NCBI RefSeq assembly: GCF_006345805.1 | Contig: NC_043009.1 | Location: forward strand, 11,222,001-11,286,000 | Source: Octopus sinensis | Lineage: Eukaryota | Direction of reading: 5' to 3' | DNA length: 64,000 nt | In this document: positions 38,416 through 52,066 of the stretch, piece by piece | How positions within the stretch are numbered: position 1 is the first letter of the stretch | Layout: the number at the start of each line of letters is the position of its first letter | Position numbers and translations under genes: made by a program | The notes under the pieces: model-generated | Database searches by the model: none | What the model saw: only the letters and a program-made list of their open reading frames with translations | Told to the model about the DNA's origin: nothing

Positions 38416-40085
38416 TCAACAGTGTATGTAAAGAGGTTGTGAAGGTTGTGTAAGGAAGAGGAGAATAGCCTGGCTTGGTATGTCAAGGAGACTAAACAAA
38501 AAAATTTTTGAAGCAGTGAAAATGCAGGGAACCTTAAAAGTGAACGAAACCGTAGATCCAACACAATTTAAGAAAGACCTGAGAGAGCAGATGAAGAACT
38601 TTGGCAGGACAAGAAGATATACCGTCAGTTCTTGAAGAATAAAGATGAGATTGATTGGAATAGAACCTGGCAATTGCTGCAGAAAGGAAACTTAAAAGGG
38701 CCCACTGAGGTATTAATGTGCAGCGGACAAGAACAAGATCTGAGAACAAACTACTCCAAATTTCACATTAAAAGAATTGACTCGTCACAGAGTAGGATAG
38801 GCTCTGAGAAGGGAGTAAGTATAAGACATATTTGTCAGTGAGTGCTGCAAGCTCGCACAAAGCGAATACAAAAGGAGACACGACAATGTGGCTAAATATG
38901 CCCACTGTCTGTTGTTCAGTGATCTCATCATCCATACTCTCAACAATACGCTCTTAAATATGGTTTCTGATTACAAATATCTTGGGTCATACATATCATC
39001 ATCTGAAAAAGATTTTATAACTGGAAAGGATATGGCCTGGTCAGCCTGTAATGATATGCATAAGATCTGGTCATCAAATCTAAGTAGAGATTTCAAACTT
39101 AAAATCTTCAAAGCCACAGTCGAACCAATTCTACTATTTGGCTCAGCAACCTGGACGTTGTCAAGGAAGCTTGAGAGGCGGTTGAATGGAACTTACACTC
39201 GCCTCCTTATGAGAGCTCAAAATATCTCGTGGAAGCGTCATCCAACCAAAGTACAAATATATCGGAAATTACCACCTGTATCATCTCTTGAGAAAGGTAG
39301 AAGAGTCCAGTTTACTGGACATTGTTTTAGAGCTGAAAACTAGGTAATCTCTACTCTTCTCCTCTGGAAGCCATCTGCTCGCGATACCAGAGGGCGTACA
39401 CTCTCCTACCCTGATGTAATCTCCAGGGATACAGGCATCCAGCAAAAGGACATCCGTAATGCTATGATGGACCGTGAAGTCTGGCGTAACATAGTAAATT
39501 CCATTGTCTCAACCACGGTCGAACAATGGTGATGATGATGTTGTTCGGTAAAGCAAACCTCGAGAGAGCCGAACAATGGTAGAACACAAGCCAGAGGGAG
39601 TAATGGAAAATGAACATTACAAAATAATCTGGGATTTTAACATGCAGTGTGACCAAGTCATGGAGCGAGACGACCAGATATCGTGCTCATACACAAAGAT
39701 GAAAAAGAAATAAACATAATAGATGTTGCAATACTAGGCGATTCGAAACGTAAAGAAATTGAAAAGACTGAGAATTACCAGCCACTGGGAGACGAGATAG
39801 GAAAGTTATGGTGCATGAGAAAAGTAATGGTGATACCGGTGGTAATCGGAGAGTTAGGAGACGTTTCGAAGGGCTTTGAAAAACATATTTAGAATATTGG
39901 AGCTGCTGTCAGGCACGAGGTGATCCAGAAGACAGCATTGTTGGGTACATCTCGCATTCTAAGGAGAGTATTGTCTCAAGCCACAGGAGAAGGCACTACC
40001 TGAAACCGTTGGTGATTTGTTTTTGCCTGCTTTCAAGTAAAGAATAACCGGTAATTGAGAACTATCCGAGAGTCTTTCAGAATAA
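38416..40085 (+). mobile_element. 5'-truncated R4/Dong-like non-LTR retrotransposon (restriction-like endonuclease clade), interrupted by an RTE insertion
   Basis: GNLKGPTEVLMCSGQEQDLRTNY, HI(C/S)ECCKLAQSEYKRRHDNVAKYAH (CCHC finger region), then after the insert KIIWDF, RRPDIVL, IIDVAI, EKTENYQPL, VIPVVIGELG and QKTALLGTSRILRRVL. Followed by an (AAC)/(AAT)n array. Confidence 0.88.
38918..39538 (+). mobile_element. 5'-truncated RTE-clade LINE with target-site duplication
   Basis: YKYLGSYI, FKATVEPILLFGSATWTL, VQFTGHCFR, MMDREVWRNIV. (GAT)n tail. TGTTGTTC duplicated at 38910-38917 and 39539-39546. Confidence 0.92.
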
Positions 40086-40158
40086 CAAAAACAAGAACAA
40101 GAAAAAGAAGAAGAAGAAGAACAACAACAACAACAACGACAACAACAGCAACAACAAC

Positions 40159-40208
<50 letters not shown>

Positions 40209-40252
40209 TGATGATAATAATAATAGTAATAATAATAATGATGATAATAATA

Positions 40253-40287
<35 letters not shown>

Positions 40288-40316
40288 GAGAAGAAGACGA
40301 AGAAGAAGAAGAAGGC
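40080..40316. repeat. Compound (AAC)/(AAG)/(AAT)n trinucleotide array
   Basis: Directly visible. Confidence 0.95.
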
Positions 40317-40951
40317 ACATGTATTACACTCAGAATAGTACCTCCAATTTCGCTCTTTTTGGATGTAAATTTAATTCCTTTTTTAATATACATTTCATTG
40401 TAGTTTCGTTTAATCTACCACCTAGCTTCAAGCTTCGATCTAATTTCAGTGATCTCTTTGTTATGTGTATTTTACCATATATGGAAGACATAGAAAATGC
40501 TTCTAAACACTTTTGTAACGAGCTTTGAAACATTTTTTGTATAAGGCTTCATTAGCACTAGGTTGTTTAATCAATGTGCTTAACGTAACGTGTTTAACGT
40601 GACAATTTCACTTTTTTTACGTACGTACGAATTTTGCTGTTACATTAAGTGGCGTGGAAAAATCTTTGTGAAACCCTTTCTATAGTAACTATATATCACC
40701 ATTACTTCATTATTTGAAGTGGATAAATAAACCCAGGGGTTGTAAATTGGAATGCTGTATAAAACATGTGCGCAATTCGCAGTTGTAACTCAGAATATAG
40801 AGCTAACTAGACATTTCTCATAATTACTTCACTACATATTCGCCGGCGACAAACACTTTTTTTCTGTACCGAGACCGTGTCATCGACGAATGCACACCTG
40901 CTCTCTGTTTGATCAAGACTAGACATTATTGTAGACCTGTGTTTAGTCGTT

Positions 40952-41348
40952 GAGCTGGCAGACACATAAGCACGCCGGGCAAAATGCTGAGGCAGTATTT
41001 GGTCTGTCTTTACATTCTGAGTTCAAATTCCACCGAGATCGACTTTGCCTTTCATCCTTTCGGTGTCGATAAATTAAGTACCAGTTGTGTACTGGGCTCG
41101 ATCTAATCGATAGACACCCTCCCCCAAAATGTCGGGCTTCGTGCCTAGAGTAGAAAAGAAACGTTACCACGCCGGACAAAATGTTTAGCAGCATTTCGTC
41201 CGTCTTTACGTTCTGAGTTCAAATTCCGCCGAGGTCGACTTTGCTTTGCATCCTTTCGAGGTCAATAAAATAAGTACCAGTTAAACTCTAGGGTCGATTT
41301 AATCGACGTATCCCCTCCCTTTTGCTGCCTTGTGCCAAAATTTGAAAC
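40952..41348 (+). mobile_element. Two tandem SINE family A units with different tails
   Basis: First unit ends gtgcctagagtagaaaag. Second ends ccttgtgccaaaatttgaaac. Confidence 0.88.
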
Positions 41349-43674
41349 TATTATAAACCTGTGTTAAAATTGTTAAAATCTGACTGTATCTTTGTGTATA
41401 TTATACGACCTTGTAAACTTTTGTTCATTGCAAACTATGTTCTGAAAATTATTTGAAAGTTATCATAAAATATTTAAAACATTACTAAGATTGCAGTTCC
41501 TCTAAATCACCTAACGATTACAATGTGCTTCATCTACTATATATCCTTTATTCAAAGCTGCATATAATTCATGAAAGAAAAATATAAAATCGGATAATTA
41601 TAAAACGCAAGATAGTTCTAGCTTCACTTTGTTGACATTTTATATATACTAATGACTAAAGAGTTCCTCGATTGTAAATCGCATATACGCATATCAGGAA
41701 AATATTTATATTTTTTTAATATATTTTGTAATTTCATATTAAAGTATAGTTTTATATTTAGATATTTCATTACTTTCCACTTCGTAGTTTTAGATCTTGT
41801 CAGTTTCTACATTTGAGGAAATTCAGCGCTATTTGAATATTTTCTTTTGACAACAATACTACCGAATACTAACAAACAGAAACGGAACTTGCACAGCATA
41901 TACAAAATGTAAATAAAATCAGATCTTAGAAATGTATAAGAATAGGTATCTAAAGATGTACAAATCAGACCTTACTCTGAAGGTGGAAATAAAAAAATTT
42001 CCCAATAATAGCATATTCTAGTATAGAAAGTGCTTCATGATCCTTTCTATGGTACCTTTTATAAAAATAGACACCAACATCAAAATTACCAAATTAAATG
42101 AAATCTTATATGCAGCATCCACCGCAGGTACAAAAGAAAATGCGCAAATATTTTTTCATAGAAGAATAACAATACCCAAGCAAAATACCGTGCAAAACAC
42201 GTAGACAATAACAGACAGAAAATATGAAAGATTTCTCAATTTGTAACGAAATTAATAAAGAATTAACAAAACCGAAAAAGAGAAGAATTCCATAAAATAC
42301 TAAAGATTTATAACGATAAAAGTAGTCTCTGACATCAAAGAGCGCCCGAAACATGTGAAGGCAAGATCAAAGCTAATCGATGAAATTTTGCGGTCAAGGA
42401 TCACTGGGAAAAGAAATATCGAAGTATCATTCCCAACAGCTGATAATGTATCTCCCAGAGAAATTAGTTTGATACAAAGATCTGGGGTACTTAAGAATCA
42501 AATCAAATAGCCAGTGTGAGAGTATGCACAAATGAAAGCAAAGATTACGAATGAATGTTATAATATTATTCTAGTGAAATATTATGGAAAACTAATATAA
42601 ATAGTTACACATCACAGAAAAAGTATCAGAAAAACTATTTTCTGTCTTCAACAAAGCCAATAAATACCAAATGTAGACTATAAAAGCATGTAATAAAAGA
42701 GAAAACCAACAGAAATGAAAAATAGGCTAAAATTGATGCTAATTGCAGAGAAATGTATATGGCATCAGTTCTTTAGCTGTCTCAGTGAAAATGCAGAAAC
42801 CGAAAGAGAATGATTCCTAAAATAGTAGGTGCCTTAGAAATTAATAATAATACACACGAAAATACGTTTTCGAGATCGCAAGACTTAACATTTTTCTCAA
42901 CACAGACAATAGAATCACTAGTCACAGAACATACGTAGTACATACAGTAATTTCAATGAAATGGAATCAACGAATCCTCGCCAAGGAAACTACTCGTACT
43001 CAAAATATACAGAACTGTGTTCCATTGTCCGCTGATTACCCGTAATATAATTAAGACTAGGGAATAACAATAACAACAAAAACAGCAACATAAAAAACAA
43101 CAACAACAACGACAACAATAAGTTGAAGAAGAAGAAGAACAGCAACAAAGCATCATAGAAAATAAAAACGACAATAGAAGGCTCTAGCGAGGTTAAATAT
43201 GTTTGGTAGCTACCAGGCGAAATATAAACTCCATTACTAACGAAATAAGCAATAAGCTCACAGAACCAAAATGAATAAAGATAATTGTATAACTAATACA
43301 CTAAATAACTTTCAAGTTTATTGAACTTTATTTCGTACAATGTATTACAAACATTCACACTCTTAAACTTTAGGGTACTACATGTAAATAGATTAACAAA
43401 GCACCAATCCAATTTAGCATTTTTAAAAACTAATGTAGCGTCAGAATTATACAATACTGACTTCACAATCTAATAAATAACAAAGAATACCAATAACAAT
43501 CGTACCATTTAGCTGAATATTAAAAGAGGAATATGTGCCCCAAATTTTATACATAAAATTACGAAAATAGGACGAATGAAAGTCGACATCGACAGAAAAA
43601 AGGAGCCGGTATTCAACGGAAATACTGATGATCTATATAAGGATTTTAGGTTTTCACTTAAGGGTGTAATACTT

Positions 43675-43885
43675 AATTCTTTATTGTCTACAAGGGGCTA
43701 AACATAGAGGGAACAAACAAAGACAGACTAAGGGACTAAGTCGATTACATCGACCCCAGTACGTAACTGGTACTTATTTAATCGACCTTGAAATGATGAA
43801 AGGCAAAGTCAACCTCGGCGGTAGACGAAATACCACCAAGCACTTTGCCCAGCGTGCTAACGTTTCTGCCAGCTCGCCGCCTTCA
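43675..43885 (-). mobile_element. SINE family A
   Basis: aaggggctaaacatagagg...agtcgattacatcgacccc...gccagctcgccgcctt. Confidence 0.9.
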
Positions 43886-44420
43886 AAGGATGTAATATTG
43901 GGAGAGAGAAGCATAGGCGATTGGTCCGACCCCTAGACAAATTTCACGTTTCCTCTTCAGAGTCGCACACAAAATAGAATAAGCATGAAGAGACACAAGA
44001 GAAACATGTTACTATCGTACATGCATATTGTTTTTGTTTTTTACAGAAACTTTACTTAAGAAACATATATAACCAACATTTCCGTATTAAAAACAGAGAA
44101 TTTATCTCACATCTAAACGTAACTTTGGACCTTTATAACTAACTAAATTAAGATGTGATTTAAAGCAACCAAGATATCAGAAATCGAAATAGGGCAATTT
44201 AATAAATACAATAAACGCTGAAATGGCGATTACAAACCATACAACAAAATTTAAAGCATTTAAAATATAAACCGTGACCATAGACCGAAAATAAACAAAA
44301 CAAATAAAGTAAGAATGATATAACACGGGAAACAGCTTTAGAACAATTCCGTAGAGGAGATGAACGAAAACTGACCTAACTAACAAATATAAATAGAAAG
44401 GAAAAACGAGATTTAAGAAT

Positions 44421-44584
44421 AGGCGCAGGAGTGGCTGTGTGGTAAGTAGCTTGTTAACCAACCACATGGTTCCGGGTTCATTCCCACTGCATGGCATCTT
44501 GGGCAAGTGTCTTCTGCTATAGCCTCGAGCCGACTAATGCCTTGTGAGTGGATTTGGTAGACGGAAACTGAAAGAAGCCTGTCG

Positions 44585-44621
<37 letters not shown>

Positions 44622-44842
44622 ATGTGTTTGTATGTCTGTGTTTGTCCCCCTAGCATTGCTTGACAACCGATGCTGGTGTGTTTACGTCCCCGTCACTTAG
44701 CGGTTCGGCAAAAGAGATCGATAGATTAAGTACTGGGCTTACAAAGAATTAGTCCCGGGGTCGATTTGCTCGACTAAAGGCGGTGCTCCAGCATGGCCGC
44801 AGTCAAATGACTGAAACAAGTAAATGAGTAAAAGAGAGAGAG
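44421..44842 (+). mobile_element. SINE family B, full length
   Basis: aggcgcaggagtggctgtgtggtaagtagc ... internal (TA)n(TG)n ... aaaagagagag. Confidence 0.93.
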
Positions 44843-45545
44843 TAACTGGATTCTTTGCAGGTAGAAATCATAAGCACGAGAAGATTCTAAACGTCAAAAT
44901 AATTAAATTAAAATTAATTGGAGACCACCTTACAAATCAAGAACAGCGTATTCCAAAAATAAAACTTATCTTTGATATACCAACATCTATAAAACGAAGC
45001 TAGGTATCTCAAGCTTATAGAATATAGACATGAGCACGAAGCTAAATGAAATAATAATATATCAGTAGCTATAGTAGTTATGAAAGAAAATTTCATCAGA
45101 ACAACTCAAATAAGCATCACAAAAACCGAGTAAACGATATCGAAAGCAAATATACGAAAAAAGAGAAGAAATTGTGAATCTTTTATGAAATAAATAACAC
45201 GAAGAAAATTATTAACGACAAAAATATTACATAAGAGAGAGAAAAATAGAATAAAACAACCCAAATGAAAGAAAACCATAAACAAGAGTTCTTTATTAAA
45301 GAAAGCACTTCGATTGTAACCTGAGACAATTTTATCAAAAACTAGATGAAAAAGAGAACGTAATCAATATAAGAACAGCAGGAAAATACAAAAAATTTGG
45401 TCGAAGTGTGGACAAGAAAGGGATTGCATTGGATGGAAAAAATGTTCAAAACAACTAACGAATGCAGCAACTGAGCTGAAAAGTTTTTTGCACACTAGAA
45501 GCCAAGAAAATAATGGTGGAGTGGGAATCCTCAAGTAATTGACCT

Positions 45546-46012
45546 CAGTACTTGACTCCTTTGGTACGAGGGCACTTCGCAGGACTATGGGTTACAACTG
45601 ATCGCATTTTGTATCCAACCAGAAACTCCACTGAGAACCTGGAATGCATCCAGTAACTCACCACAGTAGTTGACCCCATTGGTACCAGGGCACTTCGAAG
45701 GACCATGGGTTACAACTGATCGCATTTTGTATCCAACCAAAAACTCCACTGAGAACCTGGAATGCATCCAGTAACTCACCACAGTAGTTGACCCCTTTGG
45801 TACTAGGGCACTTCGCAGGACTATGGGTTACAACTGATCGCATTTTGTATCCAACCAAAATCTCCACTGAGAACCTGGAATGCATCCAGTAACTCACCAC
45901 AGTAGTTGACCCCTTTGGTACTAGAGCACTTCGCAGGACTATGGGTTACAACTGATCGCATTTTGTATCCAACCAAAATCTCCACTGAGAACCTGGAATG
46001 CATCCTGTAACT
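45546..46012. repeat. Tandem array, 4 copies of a 118 bp GC-rich unit
   Basis: The anchor cagta(g/c)ttgac falls at 45546, 45664, 45782 and 45900. Copies differ by only a few substitutions. Confidence 0.97.
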
Positions 46013-46992
46013 TGACTGACTCAGGAGCACCAGATCAATCTGTTCAGTCATGTTCGATTTTCCGAATGCGATCCTGCTTGCAATGTTCTTTCCACTGAGA
46101 TTGGGTCGACGGTTTATGTTGGTCGACCACATGCCCCTTGACCACAGCAGATGAGGAAGTATCCTGAAGAGATGGGGACTGACAGGGACTCTGGTCGAAG
46201 GATCGCCCCGGGAAAATATTGTCAAATTGTGAATGCAGCAATGCACTGCAACGGGGTATGCGCGACATCTGAGCCTGAACTTGGGGTTTCAATAAAGGGT
46301 AAAATCTCAGCAGGTGCACAAGTTACTAGAAAGAAAGAGTGAGTGAGAGAGAGGGGAGAGAGAGAGAGGAGAGAGACAGACAGACAGAGAAGGGGAGACA
46401 GGAAGATGGTGGAGGAACGGAGAAAGCGACAGAAGCATTAAAATGTCAGATGGTAAATATGTCAGCGTGGAATCAGCGACGCCAAATAACATAAAAATTG
46501 CTATCGAAATGCATTTTGAATAAATTTAAATATTCTCCTTGAAAATAAACCCCCAACAATTTTCCGCGTGTATAGTAGAGCTTTTCTTTAAACGAGTGTA
46601 TATTCTGAAGTGTAAATTACATTTCAGTTTCCCACCGGTCTCCTCCCTAAATCTTAGGAACAACAACGTCTCTCCTGATAAGGTTCTATATAGATTTTTT
46701 TATCCAATATTTTTCAGGTTGTCTGTTTGTTTTGAACAGGAGATATACATCACACAATTCAAAGATCGAATATTCTGTTGTTGCTTAGCAACATATAAAA
46801 CATCTTCGAGCTGTCCATGATCAAAAGCAATCCAGCCATGTCCATCCTACTCTGTGGTTTAGATGTGTGTATACTGTATTTAAGTTTGTGTGTGTATGTG
46901 TGTGAGCGGGTACTATGTATTAGGTATGCCCATTTAAAACAATTACACACACATGCACACACATTCACACGTACATGCGCACGCACACTCAA

Positions 46993-47024
<32 letters not shown>

Positions 47025-47571
47025 GTAGATACATATAGGGAGAGAGAAAATGAGAATGAGAGAAAGAAATAATGAAATAGAGAGAAAGAGAAAGAATATT
47101 TCGTCGATGGAGAGAGATGCAGAAGTGGTATTACTTATACAGGAGGGAAGTAGATAGAGTGTGGGAAGAAGAAATAGAACAAGAACCATAAAGACAGAGA
47201 AGTAAATTGAAATGTTTCGGAAAGGTCAACTGCTGTTACCGAGAGATGATTACAGAGCTTAAGATACAACGTAACATGGCTAAATGGAAATACAGATGAC
47301 GTATTGCATGATCACATGGCATTTCAAACAATCACGTGATAAGAAAAGGAAGAATATTGCTATTCTCTGTGTTACTTATATTTTCATGATACGACATATT
47401 CGGTTCTTCATTTTGATATTAAGTGTATTAAACATATTGAAGAAAAAGCCGAGATACGGAGAGATGTGCTTGTCCAATTTTGACAAGTGTGTCTAGAATA
47501 TGTTAGTATATGCGTGCACATGTCTGCGTATAGGGTGTGTGGTTTTGAATATGTGTATATATGCGTGCGTG

Positions 47572-48185
47572 TGTGGAGGCGCAATGGCTCAGTGGTTAGG
47601 GAAGCGCACTCGCCGTCGTAGGATCGCTGTTTCGATTCCCAGACCGGGCGTTGTGAGTGTTTATTAAGCAAAAACACCTAGTTCCATGAGGCTCCGGCAG
47701 GAGATAGTAGCAGGCTCTTGCCCAAGGTGCCACGCAGTGGCGCTGAACCCGGAACCATGTGGTTGGTAAGCAAGCTACTTACCACACAGCCACACCTGGT
47801 ATGTATGTATGTATGTATGTATGTATGTATGTATGTATGTATGTATGAGTCTATGCAACTATATATAGTTTATAGGCACAGGCTTGCTTCGTGATAAGAA
47901 GCTTGCTTACCAACCACATGATTCCGGGTTCAGTCCCACTGCGTGGCAACTTGGGCAAGTGTACTCTTTCACTACAACTTTCTCTCACTCTTTCTTCCTG
48001 TTTCTGTTATACGTGTATTTCAAAGGGTCAGCCGCGTCACACTGTGTCACCCCGAATCTCGCCGAGAACTATATTAAGGGTACACGTGTCTGTGGAGTGC
48101 TCAGCCTCTTGCACGCTAATTTCATGAGCAGGGGTTCCGATGATCGGATCAACTGGAACCCTTGTCGTCGTAACCACGTAGTGCC
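47572..48185. mobile_element. Mosaic SINE cluster: family D head (+), family B head (-), (TATG)n, then family B head, D-like middle and alternative tail (+)
   Basis: D at 47572-47705, inverted B at 47712-47797, B head at 47874-47965, caactttctctcactcttt near 47980, tail at 48060-48185. Confidence 0.8.
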
Positions 48186-48287
48186 ACGATGTGTACGTGT
48201 GTTTGTTGGCACGTTGAAGTCCTAATCCTTGTGTATGATGCGAGAAATTTGGTCTTACGTGTGTAAATACATATATCTTTCACCATT

Positions 48288-48517
48288 TTATCTTTTACTT
48301 CTTTCAGTCAATTGACTGCAGCCATGCTGGAGCACCGTCTGGAGGAAATTTTAGTTGAATGATTCGACCCCGTCCGTACTTATATTGTGTTAAGCTTGGT
48401 ACTTGTTCTATCTCTCTTCTTTGTCGAACCGCAAAATTCCTGGGACGTAAACACACCAACACCGGTTGTCAAGTGCTATGGGAGGAGAAACACAGATACA
48501 AACACACACACGCACAA

Positions 48518-48548
<31 letters not shown>

Positions 48549-48707
48549 GGCATTCAGTACGAGCCTCCGTCAACCACATCCACTCACAAAGCTGTGGTCG
48601 GCGCAAGGCTATAATAGAAGACACTTGCCCAAGATGCTACACAGTGAGACTGAACCCGGAGCGATGTGGTTGGTAAGCAAGCTTCTTATCACAAAGCCAG
48701 CCTGTGC
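48288..48707 (-). mobile_element. SINE family B, degenerate full length
   Basis: Reverse complement of the adjacent 48773 copy. Confidence 0.85.
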
Positions 48708-48772
48708 ATGTAAATTATATATAGTTGCATAGACTCATACATACGGTCATGCATACATATATAAATACATAC

Positions 48773-48933
48773 CAGGAGTGGCTGTGTGGTAAGTAGCTTG
48801 CTTACCAACCACATTGTTCCGGGTTCAGTCCCACTGCGCGGCACCTTGGGCAAGTGTGTTCTACTATAGCCTCGGGCCGACCAAAGCCTTGTGAATGGAT
48901 TTGGTTGACGGAAACTGAAAGAAGCCTGTCGTA

Positions 48934-48984
<51 letters not shown>

Positions 48985-49192
48985 TTGTGTGTCTGTGTTT
49001 GTCCCCCTAGCATTGCTTGACAACCGATGCTGGTGCGTTTACGTCCCCGTCACTTAGCGGTTCGGCAAAAGAGACCGATAGAATAAGTACTGGGCTTACA
49101 AAGAATAAGTCCCGGGGTCGATTTGCTCTACTAAAGGCGGTGCTCCAGCATGGCCGCAGTCAAATGACTGAAACAAGTAAAAGACTAAAAGA
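48773..49192 (+). mobile_element. SINE family B, full length
   Basis: Near identical to the 44421 copy. Confidence 0.93.
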
Positions 49193-49279
49193 ATTTTAAC
49201 TACAGGGATATGTTTACTTAATATTATGGCTAAATATCACATGTTGTACCAGCTATAAATGATATGGACTTGTAAAGAC

Positions 49280-49445
49280 ACAGGCGCTGGAGTGGCTGTG
49301 TGGTAAGTAGCTTGCTTACCAACCACATGGTTCCGGGTTCAGTCCCACTGCGTGGCACTTTGGGCAAGTGTCTTCTACTATAGCCTCGGGCCGACCAAAG
49401 CCTTGCGAGTGGATTTGGTAGACGGAAACAGAAATAAGTCCGTCG

Positions 49446-49501
<56 letters not shown>

Positions 49502-49725
49502 CGTGTGTGTGTGTGTCTGTGTCTGTGTTTATCCCCCCAACATCACTTGACAACCGATGCTGGTGTGTTTACGTCCCCGTAATTTAGCAGTTCCGCAAAA
49601 GAGACTGATTGAATAAGTACTACGCTTACAAAGAATAAATCAAGGGGTCGATTTGCTCGACTAAAGGCGGTGCTCCAGCATGGCCGTAGTCAAATGACTG
49701 AAAGAAGTAAATGAGAGTAAAGAGA
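49280..49725 (+). mobile_element. SINE family B, full length
   Basis: Same head, internal microsatellite and tail. Confidence 0.93.
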
Positions 49726-51159
49726 CAAACAACTTTTGCAATAGACTCTCTAACCGTTTTTATAAACACGGTGGTCATATCTAATTGAATTTTAAATATA
49801 GAAATAAACGCAATTCGTGGCAAAATTTTGCTGCCTCCTTGAAGGCAAACAACTGAGCACAACGTTAGGGGTTTATAAGGTCGGTAATGCAAGGAAGCTT
49901 AAGAATGAGTTCAAAATATTTGGGTATTTTTCATTTTGGTATGAAGCTACAGATTTCTGTGAAAGGATTATAACTAAATCAACTAAATCGACTATTTTAT
50001 GAGCATCAATTTACGTAACTAAATATATTTGATTCTAAAACGCAGAAGGAAGAATTTTATCGTTCAAAGGCGTAGCTTGATGGCATACTAACACTTCTAA
50101 ATGATCGAAGTTTCAACAGAGAAAAATATTTTTATTAAAAAAACAATCTTTCAGGAGAATAATATCCTACATTAACCTACATAGAGAGAACCATTGTGCA
50201 AAAACTCTGTTCTTAATTAAGATCATTACTATTATCACATCATATTTACCATTCTTTGTTTTATTACTCTACATAATATTTTCATAAGCATTGAGCTCTT
50301 ATTTGATATATTACTGCAGAATGGTCATTCATTAAGTCATTACGAGGCTTTCCTTGTGTACTTATCATCGTTACTTCTGTTTATGGTTAGAAAGTTTGCA
50401 TTCTCATAAGTTTATTATATATCATTAGAGTAATTTTGTATTATTAATGTACTGTTATTGTATTGTACTTATATGTTAGCGGGAGCTTTTTACGAGTTTG
50501 TTGTTATAAATGTATCTATTGTTAGAATTTTTGCTGCAAAGAATTATTTGTTGTATAAATACAGTAGCATTTCTTTTGTAACTTGCCGAACAGACACGCA
50601 CATAGTCACCATGCAGAGTTTATATGTCTATATTCTATAACTATTGTATGCCTGTATCTATATTTATCTCTCTCTCTACAGGCACACAAACTCACACACG
50701 TACGCACGTACACACACATGGATGCAATGAGTTCAGGCAGTACAATTTTAGCTTTCACTAGCGATATTTTTAACCACAGAGAGTGTATGACATCTGAGCA
50801 CGTGGTCGCTGCTGTGTGGATATTGTATAACAACTCTGGAAACTAGCTCAATGTTATCAGGTGATGAAAAATACGGAATATTTATTGCATGTTACCCCAC
50901 GGGTATGTTGGTGTTTCGGCGATAATTTAACTCGTCAGTCAATGTTGAAATAAAATAACTGCTTATCATTCAACTAGACATCATATATCAGTTGTTGGCA
51001 TCGGAAGTGGTTAGTGCATAAATTCACCATGTAATGTATATTTAATAAATAAACATTTAGTGTCACCATGTAAATAAATCCTCTAGTTAAACTTCGGCAA
51101 TTTTTGATGCGGGAAACTAAATGAGATAATATTATACGAAGGAATATAAATTTATTTAC

Positions 51160-51450
<291 letters not shown>

Positions 51451-52066
51451 GTCTCTCTGCCTATCTGTATAAGAAGGCATTCCATAAAATGTTTCTCACA
51501 GTATCCATTCTGGTTTGAAATTATTAGCAATGGATGCCATCACCAAAATCTTTTCTCCATAGCATTATAGCATGGCCAATTGTAATAACTTAAGAAACTC
51601 GACTTCGGGTCTACATGAGTTGCAGATCGGGCTTCAGCTAGCTTTCCAAGGCATTTATTTGGCTGAGAGAAGACGTGTTTAGTAAATGGATTTCTAGAAC
51701 TTTGCAGTCATAACTCGAATTGTGCAGCAGATCTATGAGAAATGAAGCTCGTGCTGAAGAACATATCGCACCATACATTCGGAGTAAAGCTCATACATCT
51801 TAGTAATCTGGATCCCATTATCTTCAACAAGGAAATAAGACGTTTGTTTTGGTGCCTCCTATTTGGTGCTGCTGATTCGAAGCTGACTTTGTTATCAGAT
51901 ATTTTAATGCTTCTCTCTTTCAATCGTTCCCTCTCTCTGAATCTACCCCTGTCTATCTACCTGTTTGTCTCTGTCTCTCTTTTTGTATGTATGCTAGAAC
52001 CTAGAATTGTTCATTGTATATGTAACGTCTCTCTCACCGCATTCTTCTCTGTGTGTATATTTCTGC

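Larger units (their letters stand above)
41900..45480 (+). mobile_element. Decayed L1/Tx1-like LINE (ORF1 and endonuclease region) interrupted by SINEs and simple repeats
   Basis: Long A-rich + strand tract with ordered APE-like remnants: K-G-A-G-I, GDY near 44225 (GDFN-like) and GDH near 44920 (SDH-like). Heavily degraded. Confidence 0.35.

Noticed and set aside
38888-39343. 151 aa ORF as a host gene
   Set aside because: In-frame junction of an R4/Dong fragment and a truncated RTE reverse transcriptase tail.
45546-46012. Possible CRISPR array
   Set aside because: The units are contiguous 118 bp near-identical copies with no unique spacers. No cas genes, eukaryotic context.
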